From Dictyostelium fasciculatum (Eukaryota): a stretch of DNA of 64,000 bases. The notes beneath the pieces are model-generated. The model made no database searches. It was not told the origin of the DNA and saw nothing but the letters and a program-made list of their open reading frames with translations. The DNA lies in assembly GCF_000203815.1 (NCBI RefSeq), contig NW_004457695.1, positions 1,232,054 to 1,296,053 on the forward strand, read 5' to 3'. Positions 21,817-35,720 of this stretch are shown here, piece after piece. The translations under genes were made by a program, and so were the position numbers. Position 1 is the stretch's first letter. Each line of letters starts with the position of its first letter.

Positions 21817-22774
21817 TTAAGCTTGCTTTTCCTTTTTGTTGATGAAATAGGTTGACAATAAGTACAATGAAGTGGTGACAGTGGTCAAAACATAGAAGGC
21901 GGTGGCACCCAATTGAGCACTGGCCGACTTGGTGACATGAGATTCTGGGTTTTGTTCAACATTTCCCATTTCACCTTCGTGGACGTCGGCACCTGGAGCA
22001 GTACTTTCGACCAAGCCTGGGATACTGATACTTTGACCGTGACCAACCTTGGCATCACCCAAACTAGTGTCAGTGGCACCTTCAGTAATGGTAACGGATC
22101 CATCGACGACGATATTGGTTCCCTTCAAGACTCTCTTTTCAGTGGTGAGGAGGACATCGGCACAAGAGTAGAAAGTGAAATCTTCATTACCACCGGAACG
22201 AGCATCAAACGACAATGAAAAGTATCCATTAAGCTTTCCAGTTTTGACGAGTTGGTCATAGGTTTCGGTATCATTCTTCATCGACACCATGTTGATGATT
22301 GGTTCAAGTTTGATTTCATAGGATGACTTGGTACTATTCATTTCGTTTTGGTTAAAAGTAACCATTTGAATACCAGTTGACGATGTATCCTTGAAGAATT
22401 GCAAAGTGTAGGTGTTGGTAGAATTGGATGTAGTTCTTGGATTCAATTGATAAATTGCAATCGAATATGGTTCCTTTACATTGATATAACTAGTAGTAGA
22501 AAAAAAGAAAGTAAAAGATAATTAAATTAATAAAAGAAACTTTAATATATTTAAATAAATATTATTATTTGTAGAGTTTGTATGTTACATACTTGACAGA
22601 TTCAGTTGATCTTGGAAGACATGGAATTCTGATGTTACAACCTTTGGCATGGGTAGGATCACAAGTTTCACCTTCTCTTGGAATTGGTTTCATTAAACCT
22701 GCACTACCATAGACTGAAGACATCATCAATGCGCCCAAAACAAAAAAGGCTAAGAATATTCTAAGAATGAACAT
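21817..22774 (-). CDS. Secreted, probably GPI-anchored surface protein of unknown family. Exons: complement(join(21817..22489,22593..22774)).
   Basis: Exon 1 starts with a signal peptide (MFILRIFLAFFVLGALMMSSVYG), has six Cys in the first 60 aa, and ends at a GTATGT donor. Exon 2 follows a ctactag acceptor. The C-terminus ...SASAQLGATAFYVLTTVTTSLYLLSTYFINKKEKQA is hydrophobic, as in GPI signals. The intron is 103 nt. Confidence 0.6.
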
Positions 22775-23772
22775 GATTATCTATTATTATTATTATTATT
22801 ATTAGTATTTATAATTATACTATTATTATTATTATATTATTATACTATTATTTTTACTAAATGTAATATTAATGGAATATAAATGAATGAATAAAATAAA
22901 GTTGGAAGTTTGGAATTTATATAAAATCATAAAAGCTTGGTTTGGTACTCGTCTGCCTTTTCATTTACTGAATTAAAGAATTGTTGGTATAAAGGGAGCT
23001 GGGGTAATCGACACTGACAATATTATTTCCTTCTTTTTCATTCCATTGCCATCTGTGGACAGTAGTTTTAGTCCATGATCCACATTTAAATAACTTTGTA
23101 CATTAAAGGTGACACTCATATGAAATCATGTGTGGTGTGTGAGTGTGGATGACTGAATCCATAAAAAATCACTCTCTTGTGTGTTTTTGAATGTGTGTGG
23201 TACCTAAAAAAGGAGGAGGAGTGTTTTGAAAATTAAAAAAATTGATAGACTAAGAAATAGAGAAAATTAATTTCTTTTTACCTCTAGAGATAATAAAAGA
23301 GATAATCTATATATTTGATTGACAGATGGATGGATGGATTGATGTTTAGATTTTATATGGGGATATAAAAAAATTGATCATTTTATATATATATGTACCA
23401 TACACATTATAATATAATATAAATTATAATCTTTTTGGATTAGATTTGTCATACATAATATTATTTGATTGAATTATAATTTCTCTTCTTCTTCTTTTTC
23501 TTCTTCTTTGTCTTTGTCTTTTTGTTGTTTTTTGTTTGTTTTGGTAATGATATGGGGAGGAGGTGGAGGGGGAGGTAATATCTCTTTTTCCATTATCAAA
23601 GAGTGACCTTCTTTTTTTAAAACATTGATTCTTGAAGATGAATGTGCTTCCAAATGCTTATTAACTTTTATATCAAACTAAATATTTATATTTATATTTT
23701 TAATTATATTTGATGAATAGATTGATTGATTAATAATGATTGGTATATTGTATTAATATTAATTAATTAATT

Positions 23773-25473
23773 TTAATATTTTTTGCTTACATAAAAATCA
23801 TGATAATCCAAGAATTCTTTATCATCTGCTTTTCTTAAACCTCTACCCAATTTTTGTAATGTCGTGTTTGGATCTCTACCACCACTTGCATTGATCAAGT
23901 GATGAACACGTACATCCAAACCAACATAACCAATCGACGAAAAGATAGCAACAACCTTGGTACCAGTTGAATATTTCAATTTGTGTAATACATATTCTCT
24001 CGTCTCGACATTGTCGTCACCTTTGACCCAATAGGCCGATGGAATGAGCTTGGCGAGTGCATCACCCTGTGACAATCGTTTGACAAGGATCATGATTCTG
24101 CCAGTTGGAATATCATCGACCAATTTAGCAATCGATTCATTCAAATAATCATTCTCTGCCAAAAATACATTCTCCATATCTTGATAGATATGACTTTTTG
24201 GTAAATTCAAATGCTTTGCAATTGGATATTTAATTGGATAAAAATGTATATTTGCTTTTGATAATATATTTACTAAAAAAGAAAATAGAATAAATAAAAA
24301 GAAAGATATATAAAAAATTATTATTATTTTTCTTTTTTCAAACATACTATCAGTTAAAGATTTTGTTGAAATATCACAAAGTAGGGTACCAAAAGTTGAA
24401 GTAATTTTGTGATTGTGAACTGGGTTATCGATTTTAAAAGGTGTAGCAGAGAAGCCAAATCTCGCATATGCATTATCGAATAATTCAAAGGCCTTCTTTG
24501 CCGTTGGTGAACCAAATTCATGAACCTCGTCAACCAAGAGTACCTTTGCATCTTTACAAAGATCTTGAATTTTATGTACAGATTGAAGTGTTGCGATGGT
24601 GACTGTATTTGGTTCGTTATAGTCTGTCGATATTCTACCTGGAGTACATACTCCTGTATTTACCAATGTTTCATATATTTGTGTTATCAATGATCTTTTT
24701 GTTACCAATATAACTGTTTCTACACTAAAATAAAATCATATTTAGTAAAATGATTGAGACACATGTATAATATAATATAATATATATATTTACTTTGAAC
24801 CAATAGCTTTAATTAAAGAAGCCAAAATAAGTGTCTTTCCACCACCAGTAGCACATTTAATGATACCTCTATGATTTGATAATGCAAAATTGATACTTTC
24901 TACTTGATAGTCGTGTAACGTGACCTTTGGTGATAACAATGATTCATCAACTTGTTTTGGTTCTAAATCTTGTGTTTGTAAATCAAACAATCTTGTAGGT
25001 TCTTCATCATCATCAAGAATTAATTTCTTTTTCTTTTTAATTGTTGTAGTTGTAGAAGTTGTAGTTGATTTCTTTTTTCCTTTTTTTGTGTCTTGTATTA
25101 TGGTTGAAGGTATTGTTGTTAGATCTTCATCACCAGGCAATACTTTTGAATAATCCCAATTAGAGTATAGGTTGGGAAGAGGATTACGTTCATCTATACG
25201 TTGACAATCGACATTCATTTCTCTCAGGTACAGAGAGATGATGGGAAGCAGACCAGTTGCAAATCGACCAGTCTTTGGTGTTATAAAAGATACCGATGGA
25301 TTAAATTTGGGTGCACCCGTTTTAAACCTAACAAAGTTTGCCTTTGGTAATGTAAATGTCAGTTTACTACGAATAGCATCCATCACCATCGAATCTACAT
25401 TCTTTAGATAACTATATCCATTTGTAATTCTAAGTATTGCCGATGGTACTTTTGTAGTTAATGAACTTGTCAT
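23773..25473 (-). CDS. Superfamily-2 helicase (DEVH-box, ResIII/XPB-like core) with a novel approximately 150-aa N-terminal domain. Exons: complement(join(23773..24272,24348..24724,24794..25473)).
   Basis: Motif I is GIIKCATGGGKTLILASLI. Motif Ia is ETVILVTKRSLITQ. Motif II is VLLVDEVHEF. Motif III is FGFSATPF. Motif VI is TTLQKLGRGLRK. Two introns of 69 and 75 nt have GTAAAT/GTATGT donors; the second removes an AT-rich read-through (IIIIFYISFFLF...) from the track ORF. Confidence 0.7.
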
Positions 25474-25691
25474 TTAACCAATATCTAGATATCTATATCT
25501 ATATCTATCCTATCTATCTATATATCTAAATACAAATACAAATAATCGTTTATTTGTTGTTTGAGAAAAGATAAAATAGAAAATGAAATATTAAAAAGTT
25601 GAAGACGACTATCATCATGATGACAACCAAATTCGTGGACGTTCTCAGAAATTGAAATAATAATAACAAGTAATATACTTTAGTATTTATT

Positions 25692-26842
25692 TTATTGTTC
25701 AAAAGTTACAGACCAATGAGCACTTTTAGTACCGGTATTGTATTTGACAATGACTGGAACACTGTAATATTTTAATAGTTGTTGAGCAGTGTCGTTGGTG
25801 ATGGAATACTTGTCGGCGAGGGATTGAGAGTTATTGGTTTGTGGATCGGTTCGATACAGTTCATAAAAGTTGGACAACTCTTCTACATTTAATCGACCAG
25901 ATATCATTTTATCCTTGGCCAACTTGTTCTTGATCTTTGATAGTCTCGTTGAGAGATCATCGTTTCTTGATATATCAACATCTGGTAAATCATCATTACT
26001 TTTATCTAATTGATTAAAATGTTGTCTTCTTGATGTAATTCTTGGACTACTACTATTTCCACTATTATTATTTTGATTATTATTATTATTTACACTATTA
26101 TTATTATCATTTTTAAATTGAATTTGATTATTTGAACGATCAATTGCAGTGAATTGATTATTAACAGTATCAAATAGATTTGATCTATCGGTATCTTTGA
26201 CAATAAACTCTTGATTGAAATCAATCTTGTTGAGAGCTTCCACCTTTTTTTGGTATTGTTGTTCTTCCCATTCAGCTTGTAGTTCTTCATAGGTCTTTGA
26301 TTGTGCTTGTTCAAAGATGACAGGATTATGTTTCTCTTGTAGTTTAACCATATCCAATAGTTTCTTCATTCTATATTCTTGTTCTGTTAATTCATTTTTC
26401 TTCTTTTTATCTAAATCTATAATGTCATCTTCCTCTCCTTGACTCTTATCAACTTCTTCATCTTCTCCGTCAATTTCTTCATCATCTTCTTCTTCAAATT
26501 CCTCTTCATAGTATGCATCCTCCATTTCCTCTGGTAAATAAACTCCCAATTCTCTTAATTCTATCATTGATACAACAATTAGTACAACATACTTATCTTA
26601 TCTTTCCTCATCCGTGAAATACACATACCTTTTGATAATACTGATGGTTTATCATCACCTTGTTTACTATCTATTTCATTATTTCCTCCTCCTCCTCCTC
26701 TTGACGATGTTGATAATGATCGTTTATAATATATGTTGTTGTTTGATATATTTGTTGTTGTCGACGATGATGATATACACAACATACGAATCATCGACTT
26801 GGTGTTATTGAGTACACCTACTCTTCCTGCTAATGATATCAT
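25692..26842 (-). CDS. Hypothetical acidic/N-rich protein with a mitochondrial-presequence-like N-terminus. Exons: complement(join(25692..26560,26628..26842)).
   Basis: Exon 1 reads MISLAGRVGVLNNTKSMIRMLCISSSS...KQGDDKPSVLSK and ends at a GTATGT donor. The 67-nt intron has a caatgatag acceptor. Exon 2 reads ELRELGVYLPEEMEDAYYEEEF...KYYSVPVIVKYNTGTKSAHWSVTFEQ. I recognised no family. Confidence 0.55.
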
Positions 26843-27162
26843 TTTCCTTCGAAGTGATAGATGATATGTTTGTAATAGATGATATGATATGATAGGTACT
26901 ACAGATATGTCAATAGTAGTGATTCATCTGACTCGCAAAGACAACCAACTATGATGTATTGCTGAATTTGGGTTTTCTTCCAATTTTCATGATCGAACCT
27001 ACAAATTCGAAAATAATATTAATATAAGTGGGTTAACTTCATTCATTATTCTTTTTTTTTTGTAGTTGTAGTTGTATTTAAATATATATATATATCAGAT
27101 ACATACACTACTATTATTCCTCTTTTTTATTTTTGTATTTTTTATAGTTTATATAGGAAGAG

Positions 27163-30100
27163 ATGAATAGTAATAATAATAATACAGTAATAGTTAAAGA
27201 ATTAGATAATATATTATTTAAATTTGCATTGACAGATAATGGAGCACCATTTAATCGATTCTTGGACAGCAATCTATGTTTGGTGATTGAAAAGTTAAAC
27301 AATGATGATGCATCGGTCAAGAAAAAGGTGTTGGAGGTGTTGAGCAATGTAAACAAGAGAACCATGTTTGCACCTGATCTAGAGTATCCTTTGGATGCTT
27401 TGATCGAGTTGTATCATCGTCCAACATCATCACTATTGGTCAAGAACTTTGCAATCGTCTACGTTGAAAAGGCATTCAATACACTTGCAAAAGAGAAACG
27501 TTCAACCTATCTAACATCAATCATCACCAATATATCTCAATTACCTTCTCAACATCAAGATATCTTTTGTCATATTATTTTAAATGTATGTATCGTTAAC
27601 TGCTAAAGTTGGTACATGTATTCTTTCTTAAATTATATTAATTCTTGTTTTCTCTTTAATATTTTGTTTAGATTATAATGGTATTAAATTTAAATAATTT
27701 AATTGATAGTGAAAAAGATAAACAGTATCCATGGAGATCAAATGAAAAGGATTACAAGGTGGTGTTGGCATTCATGTTGGATTTATTGTTGGTGCCAACC
27801 AATGTGGGGTTAAAGAATGAAGAGGGTGCTGTTGTGGTGCCACCAGGACACAACCTGGCCAGTTTGCAACGTGTGATGGGCAAGAACCTGGACAAGTACG
27901 ATTTCAAGGCGTTGAATGATCGCAAGATGGCAACACTGCAGTTTTGTGCGTGTGGATTGTTGCCAGACACTGACGTATTGGTACCTGTGATTGTGGCGAC
28001 ATGTGACGCCTTTCAAGATGTAAATAAGCGTGCCGAAGATATTATCAAACGTCTTCCAAAAATCAATTGGGAATCAGAACCACTCGTCACCAAATTGTAC
28101 AGTATCTTTACGGGTGACACTACATCGGGTAGGTTAGCCGCATCAAACCAACTCCGTGAAAAGATTCTCATTGTGTTTTGCAAGTCTGTATTGGCTGCCA
28201 ACAACTTTCCAGCTACTCTTCAAATCATTTTCGAAGCAGTCTATGGTACACAGTCGACTGTCAAGGTCAAGAATGCTGCCATGTCATTTGTACAGTGGGT
28301 GTTTCGTCATGCCCAAGACAAGTATATCGAGCAGACTGGCGCCGTCATTCTATCAGGTCTGTTGAAATTGATCGACTCTATGGACGGGTCTTCATCCAAA
28401 GAGGAAACCGAGTTGAAAGCATATGCATACACCTCTCTCGGTCTCCTCTGCAAACGTAACAAGAAACTATTCAATTCCGATCTAACCCTAGTCATGAAAC
28501 TCATGTCAAAAGTTGCCAAAGAAGAATCTATCGTCTCTAGTGCCATTCAAGATTGTCTTGTCATGCTCAGAGAAGCATTCATCGATATCAAAGATGCAGC
28601 TCTTGCTGAAAATTTAATTCGTGTCTTGTTAACTTTTATTTATAATGTATGTCAAAAATGATAAAGAGAAAGGATAGTAGAGATAGATATTAATATTTTT
28701 ATTTTGTTAGGGAGAATATTTAATTAGATTAATTGTATTACAATGGGCACAACATTGCTTTCCATTTAAAAATATTCAATCTAGATATTTTAGTTTGGTG
28801 ATGGTTGGTGATATTAGACCTGATATTAGAGAGGAAGCACGTAGAGGTTTGGAACCATACAAACATAATGGAAATATGTTACAACCATGCAGTGAAGCAG
28901 ATGATGAGGAGTACCCCAACTTTGAACATCTACTCGAATACATTGTACAAATGCGAAAGGAGATTATGGCCGACAAGAAAGCTAGTAAATTGCAGGGTGT
29001 GGTACAGTTGCTTGGATACACTTCATACTCGTTTGAACACATGTTGATCATGCTCCGAAAATCAATTCAAAAGACTGCTTGGGCAAACAAGACGACCGAA
29101 CAAAAATACATCAACTCTATTCGTCCCGATCTTATCAGAGAGTATTTAGAGTTGATTGAATGTGCCATCTCGGCAAAGGCAGACGAGGATTTATACAATG
29201 TTGGGTGCGTGTCATTGTTGTATTTGTTGAATCTCAAGGAACACGATGACTCGTTTGTCAAGTTGCTCGTCGGCAAGATCGAGCAGATGAACGGATGGAC
29301 CAAATCAGGTAAATACCAATCCAGAGAGTTGGTAGCCAAGATTATCGCCATTGCAAGCGAGCAGCAACCAGCCAAGGAACGAGACGACATGTTGAATGGA
29401 TACATTACCAAGGTTAACGGTACCAAGGATGTCGTTGAAATGTACGGTCCTTTAACCAGCCTCTGTCACGTCTATGCCAAGCTGTCACAACTAAAGCTGA
29501 CCATGTCACCATCTATTCACGAGGGTATTCAGAATACAATCGTCGCCAAAATAGAAGAGTTGTTGCAACACAACAATATATCCATCAAATTGTTGGCAAT
29601 CAATAGTTTGGCACTCCTAGGAATCTATTCACCACTACCAATTGCATCGGAAGAAACTAAAAAGAAAATGATAAAGACTTTGATGAATATGGTCGATGGC
29701 GCATCGACAGAACGATCCATTCAAGAAGCTGCATTGGTTGCTCTTAGTTGGATATCGATTGGTGAAAAGATGACAGGAGACAAACGTCAAGAATTACTCG
29801 ATTGTCTATTCAAACAAGTCAACAACAAGAATGAAGAATTACAATTCTCGATTGGTGAAGCACTCGGTATTCTAGTCGGTCATCAATTCCTCTCTCCTCT
29901 TCCAATCTATCCATTCTCTCCATTCTCTATTGAAGAAATCAACTCTTCATTATCAAAGGAAAAACAATATATTGGTGAACAAGAAAGTTCAAGTCAAAGA
30001 ATGGTTTTGGATAATATTGATCAAACGACCGACAACTCGTCTGCCGAGGAAGAAGTAACCAAATTATTTAAAAGAATTGTAACATCATACTTTTCTGATA

Positions 30101-32786
30101 GACAATCACCAATTACAAGATGTTCAGCTGGTATTTGGATGCTTTGTTTATTAAAGAGTTTTGGACGATTAGATTTCATTCAAGGATTGTTGGCTGAGAT
30201 TCAGAATGGATTCTGTTCATTATTGGCCGACAATAACGAGTTGACACAGGATATTGCTAGTCGTGGTATTACTCTTGTTTACGAGTCTAGTACAGACCCT
30301 GCATTCAAAGAGTTCCTCGTGTCAAACCTCGGAAAGACGCTGGCAGGCAAGCCGACTCAAAAGGCACCAGGATCATCCGAGTTGTTGCCAGAGGGGTCGG
30401 TCACCAAGACTGGCCAGGTGTCTACATACAAGGAATTGTCAAATCTATCGACCGATCTAGGTAAACCAGATATGATCTACAAGTTTATGAACTTGTCGGC
30501 TCATCACCAAATTTGGAACTCTAGAAAGGGTGCTTCGTTTGCCATTGTCTCGTTGGCTGGAAAGGCTCGTGAAGAGATGGCACCACTTATTCCACATCTT
30601 GTGCCCAAGATCTACAGATACTTGTATGACCCCAGTCCCAAGATTGCAGCGTCTATGCAGAGTATTATGAGTGCCATTATCGACCAAAAGGATATCTTCC
30701 CCAAGTACTTTGTACCAATCATCAAGGAGTTGTTGGCTGGTATGGGTACGAGTGCATGGCGTGTACGTGAGGCATCTTGTGCAGCTGTGCCAGACGCCAT
30801 CTCGCATGCTTCTATTGAAGACCTCGAACCTTTCATCGAAGAGTTGTTTTACATGAACTTTAGAACACTCGATGATATTAAAGAGACGGTTAGAAAGGCT
30901 GCCGAAACATCTGTACGTAGTCTTGGTAGTGTAACGGCTCGTTTTGTCGACCCAGGATCCACAGTCTCTCGTGCCAAGGCACAACACATTCTCGGTGTCG
31001 TCATCCCGCTTCTGCTTACCAAGGGTATCACCAACGACTCGGCTGAAGTCAAGCAGTTCTCGTTGCAACTACTACTCAAGATTAGCAATAGTGCCAAAGA
31101 CCAACTTTCCAAGTATGTCCCCGACATGGTACAAGCGTTACTCGAATCGCTGTCGTCGTTGGAGCCAGCAATGCTAAACTATGCAACAATGCATGCCGAA
31201 TCGTTGAATCTCAAGCAAGAAGAAATTGAAAACCTTCGTGTCGACATGTCCAAGCGATCAGTCGTCAGCGAAGTACTCGAAGTGTGTTTGAAATATGTTA
31301 CCCAGGATAATATCAGCCAGGTCATTTCGAATCTACTCCACCTTGTCCAGTTTAGTGTTGGTATAGTGACACGAGTTGGTGTGGCCAAGTTATCGCCAAT
31401 TTGTTCCAGTCGCGTATCATCCAAATCGAAGTGGAGCCTGCACAAGTACAAAAGCTCATCAAAACCATGTTGCCATCGATCATGGACCGTTCACCAGTGA
31501 CACGTCGCCAATTCATCCAGACACTATGCATTTGCATCAAAAAGTCAAACAATGCAACCATCAAACAGACCATCCAACACGTTATGGATCTTCCACAACT
31601 ACAACAAACACAAAACGTCGAGGAGAATACCATCCTCGAAGTGGTCGGTCTCTTTTTCCGTGAACTCTACAAGATTGCATCGTCAGAGATTCAACCATTC
31701 AACAAGGATCTAATCCCATTCCTCTACTTTCAAAAGTCACATCCTAAAAAGGAAGTATCGGACCTCTACAAACAGATTTGGGACGATAACTCGATTGGCT
31801 CGATCCGACTATACACCGATGAAATTGTAAAGATCATCTCGATCAATCTGACTGGTTCAGCATGGGCATTAAAGCAACAAGCTGCTCTATGTCTGTCAAA
31901 TTTAACCGAAGATATTAGAAACATGATGGAGAATCATTTACCTGTCGTACTCTCACTCTTGCTTCAAGGATTAAAAGGTAAGACGTATCCAGGTAAAGAT
32001 TCACTCCTTGGATCAATGTCTACTATTTCATCAGTCTGTGCTAAATCCATTAAAGAACTTGGAAGTGGTGGACAACAAGTAGGTTCATCATCACTACCAG
32101 TTCCAAGTGCAAAGGAAATGTTATTGGCAATGTTACAGGAATGTAAAAAGATTGATATGGATTACAAGAGAAAGGCGTTGGTCAACTTGGCATCGATGTT
32201 GCGTTCATTTGAAGATATCGATATTTACCAACAGGTCAGAGAAACAGTCTACCAATTAGTATTTGAAAAGGAAAAGAAAGAGAATGCTAGTGCACTAGAC
32301 GATGAAATGGACTTGGATGATCCCAAACAAAAGGCATTACTTCTATTAGTAAGAACCAATGCATTTGCAGTGATTGGTGAAGCCTATTCATCGGCATCGA
32401 TCGATACTAAAAAGGCAAATATTGAAATTGGCAATAGATTGATGGAAAAGCTTGTATACCACATTTGGAATGAACAAATCTCTATTCTAACATCAATGAA
32501 ACTATATGTACATGCTGTATTTACAAACACTGATCTATCCAATCTCATCGATAACAAGGAGCAATGGATGATCAATATTCTAAAACCACTCTTTGAGTGC
32601 ATTGAAACCTCGAAATATGCAGTTGTCAAACAAAACTCACTCAATCTTATCGAGCAACTACTCATCGATGCCAAACAACATATTTCCAATGGTCAATTAC
32701 AATCTATTAAAAGTATCCTCCTACAAAACAAAGATAGAGATAATACTCTAACACTTCAATTTGAAAAATTATTAAAACAATTGTAA
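27163..32786 (+). CDS. ECM29: ECM29 homologue (proteasome-associated HEAT-repeat scaffold), about 1820 aa. Exons: join(27163..27585,27672..28646,28711..32786), with a reading-frame change inside exon 3 between 31356 and 31500.
   Basis: Two AAT|GTATGT phase-0 donors and tttag/ttttgttag acceptors join three long ORFs (27163.., 27678.., 28795..). The content is HEAT-like throughout, e.g. ...VMVGDIRPDIREEARRGLEPYKH.... The total size matches ECM29 (about 1800 aa). The last 1386 nt (31401..32786) are in frame 3, whereas 28711..31500 is frame 1. Confidence 0.7.
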
Positions 32787-33105
32787 ATATTAAATAAATA
32801 AATATATAAATAATTAATTAGATCTCTTGGATTTACAAGTAATTTTTCAAAGTGATCCGAGAAAAATGAGGTAATTAATTAATCATCATCATGAACTAAT
32901 CTATGCATTGAAGGGGAAAAAAATAATAATAACAAACAAAAATATCCACAAAAGAATGATGTCATAGACTACTGTGATGAAGCACTTATTAATATTCTCT
33001 CACACAGAGACCGAGACATTTAACTATTGTAACATTAACCCTTCTTATATATACATATATAAATATAGTTGTAATAACAACAAAGATTAGTATATATCCC
33101 TACTT

Positions 33106-35720
33106 ATGGCATCAAGAGCATGTCAATTAACAAAAAGAACTTACCTAAGATCAACTTTGAGATTGGGTAACAAGTGTCTTGCAACTACAACAACCACTAC
33201 ATTTATACCTTCATATTCTAATAGTAGTACTACTACTACTGTACAGTCAAGTCAATATCAACCAACTATCAACAATAAGAGTTATTATTCAACTTCTTCA
33301 CTTTCAACATTATTATCAATCAAGAAACATGAATCATCAATCTCTAAGAGATTATATAGTAGTAATAATATGAAACCAATTGTAGCAGATAATAACTTTG
33401 AAACGGTTGGATATAGTTTATTACCAGTAGTCAATAAACTACAAGAGATTACATCATTAATTGGTACAGAAATCAAACTACCACAGATTGTTGTTGTTGG
33501 TTCACAGTCGAGTGGTAAATCATCGGTACTCGAGAATCTAGTTGGTCGTGACTTTCTTCCAAGAGGTTCAGGTCTAGTAACTAGAAGACCACTTGTATTA
33601 CAACTCAATAGAATTGAACCAGGTCATGCAGGTAAATATAAAGAAAAAGAAAATAGAATCAATAGAATCTATAGAATATAGACTAATTATTATTATTGTT
33701 TCTTTTAGAATGGGGAGAATTTGGACATACTGGAGATTCAAAGTTTAACTTTGATGAGATTAAAAAAGAGATAGAGATTGAAACGAATAGAGTTGCAGGA
33801 GGCAATAAATCAATTTCAAGTGAACCTATTATACTCAAGATCTATAGTCCCAATGTGATTCCATTGACATTGGTTGATACACCGGGTATTACACGTATTC
33901 CAATTGGTGATCAACCAACCAACATTGAAGAAAAGATTCGTGATATGGTCGTAGACTATATATCTAATCCCAACTCGATCATTTTGGCCATTTCAGCAGC
34001 CAACCAAGATATTGTGACGAGTGATGCACTCAAACTCGCCAAAGAGGTTGATCCAACTGGCAAGCGAACCATCGGTGTCTTGACCAAGTTGGATCTGATG
34101 GACAAGGGCGTTGACGCTATGGATATTCTCATTGGTAGCGTCGTCCCACTCAAGTTGGGATTTGTCGGTATCGTCAATCGAAGTCAACAAGACATTAACA
34201 TGAAGAAACAGATTGGACAAGCCATCCAAGACGAATCTGCATGGTTTCAGTCACACCCCATCTACAATCGTATTGCCAATCAAAGTGGATCATTGTTTTT
34301 GGGTCAACGTTGCAACAAGATTCTCACCAAACATATCAGAGAGTCAATGCCAGGTGTAAAGAATCAAATCCGTGCACTCATCAAGAAATACGAAGAAGAG
34401 TTGGAACGTTATGGAGATCCCATCCCAGAGAGAGCAAGTGAAAAGTCTAGACTTTTGATTGACATTCTCAACAAATTTGCCCTCCAATTTAGATCCGATC
34501 TCGAAGGTGTCAATGACGAACAACTCACCAATCATGTCAATGGTGGTGCTCGTATTCGTTACATCTTTTCACAAGCCTTTAAAAATGTAAAGGAAAGACC
34601 TTTTGAATGGTTAACTGATCAACAATTAAGAGTTGCTCTTAGAAATTCTTCTGTATGTCGAAAAATATAAATATTATAATCAATCTAGAAGAATTAACTT
34701 ACTCTTATCCTTTTTTATTTAAATTTTTAGGGAATTAGACCAACTATGTTTATTCCACAAAAGACATTTGATTCATTGACTAGAATTCAAATTGATAAAT
34801 TAAAGGATCCAGCTTTACAATGTGCTGATACAGTATTGGATGAATTGTTGAGAATCTGTACTCAAGTAGATTCACAAGTATTTAATCGTTTCCCATTGTT
34901 GAGAGAACGTATTGTCGAAGTTGCAAATAATGTCCTTCGTAAATTACTTTCTCCAACAAACAAAATGATTAGTGATATGGTTGAAGCTGAATGTTCTTAT
35001 ATTAATACAAGTCATCCAGGTAAAAATTAATTTAAACAATCAAAATCATGAATAGAATATATATAGACTAATATTTTATTTTATTTTTCTCTCTAGTTTA
35101 CATGTCAGAATTAAATAGATTATTACATTCAAATACTCAACCAAATAACAATTATGAAATTGAAATGCAAAAACAACGTGAAAAGGAACAACAATCACAA
35201 TCACAACAAGGTGGTGGTGGAATATTTGGTATGATATTTGGACGAGGAGGAAAGGAATCACAACAACCACAACAACAACAAAAACAAAACAACAAAACAT
35301 CTCAATCAAATATCCTCTATGGAATGGATGAAAGTTATACTGATGATGAAAGAAAACAAATTCATTTACTTAGTATGTTTAAAATATTATTTATTATTTT
35401 AAATATTATTATTATTCCATATACTAATTTATTTATTTTTTATAGAACGATTATTACATAGCTATTATGATATTGCACAATTTAATGTCCAAGAGAATGT
35501 TATTAAAATCATTACTCACTTTTTAGTTGATCGTTCAAAGGACGTTCTTCAAAGAGAATTGGCCACTGTATTATACGATGAAGCTTTGGTTGAACATTTG
35601 CTCAGAGAAAATGAAAACGTTGTTGCCAGAAGAAAAGAATGTATCTATAAATTGGAAGTCCTCAAAAAGGCTAAAAAATCATTATCTGTAACAGAAATGA
35701 ATTCATTTATGAATCTTTAA
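33106..35720 (+). CDS. Dynamin-family large GTPase with an N-terminal mitochondrial presequence and a Q/N-rich insert (Dictyostelium DymB-like). Exons: join(33106..33631,33709..34652,34731..35019,35097..35372,35446..35720).
   Basis: The first 115 aa are S/T/N-rich and presequence-like. The GTPase domain has G1 [19 protein letters not shown], then EWGEFGH...[38 protein letters not shown] (G2/G3) and LTKLDLMD (G4). The middle domain runs ...RNSS|[21 protein letters not shown]...YINTSHP. The GED exon reads ...[50 protein letters not shown]. Donors are GTAAAT/GTATGT/GTAAAA/GTATGT, all phase-consistent. Confidence 0.8.

Noticed and set aside
26921-27000. tRNA-like T-arm (taggttcgatcatg).
   Set aside because: No complementary T-stem, D-arm or acceptor stem can be formed around it, so it is not a tRNA.
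31381-31409. 29-nt GT...AG segment that would restore the ECM29 reading frame.
   Set aside because: It is far shorter than any verified intron in this window (63-130 nt) and has no GTAAGT/GTATGT-like donor. It is more likely coincidental and is reported only as an alternative within the ECM29 finding.
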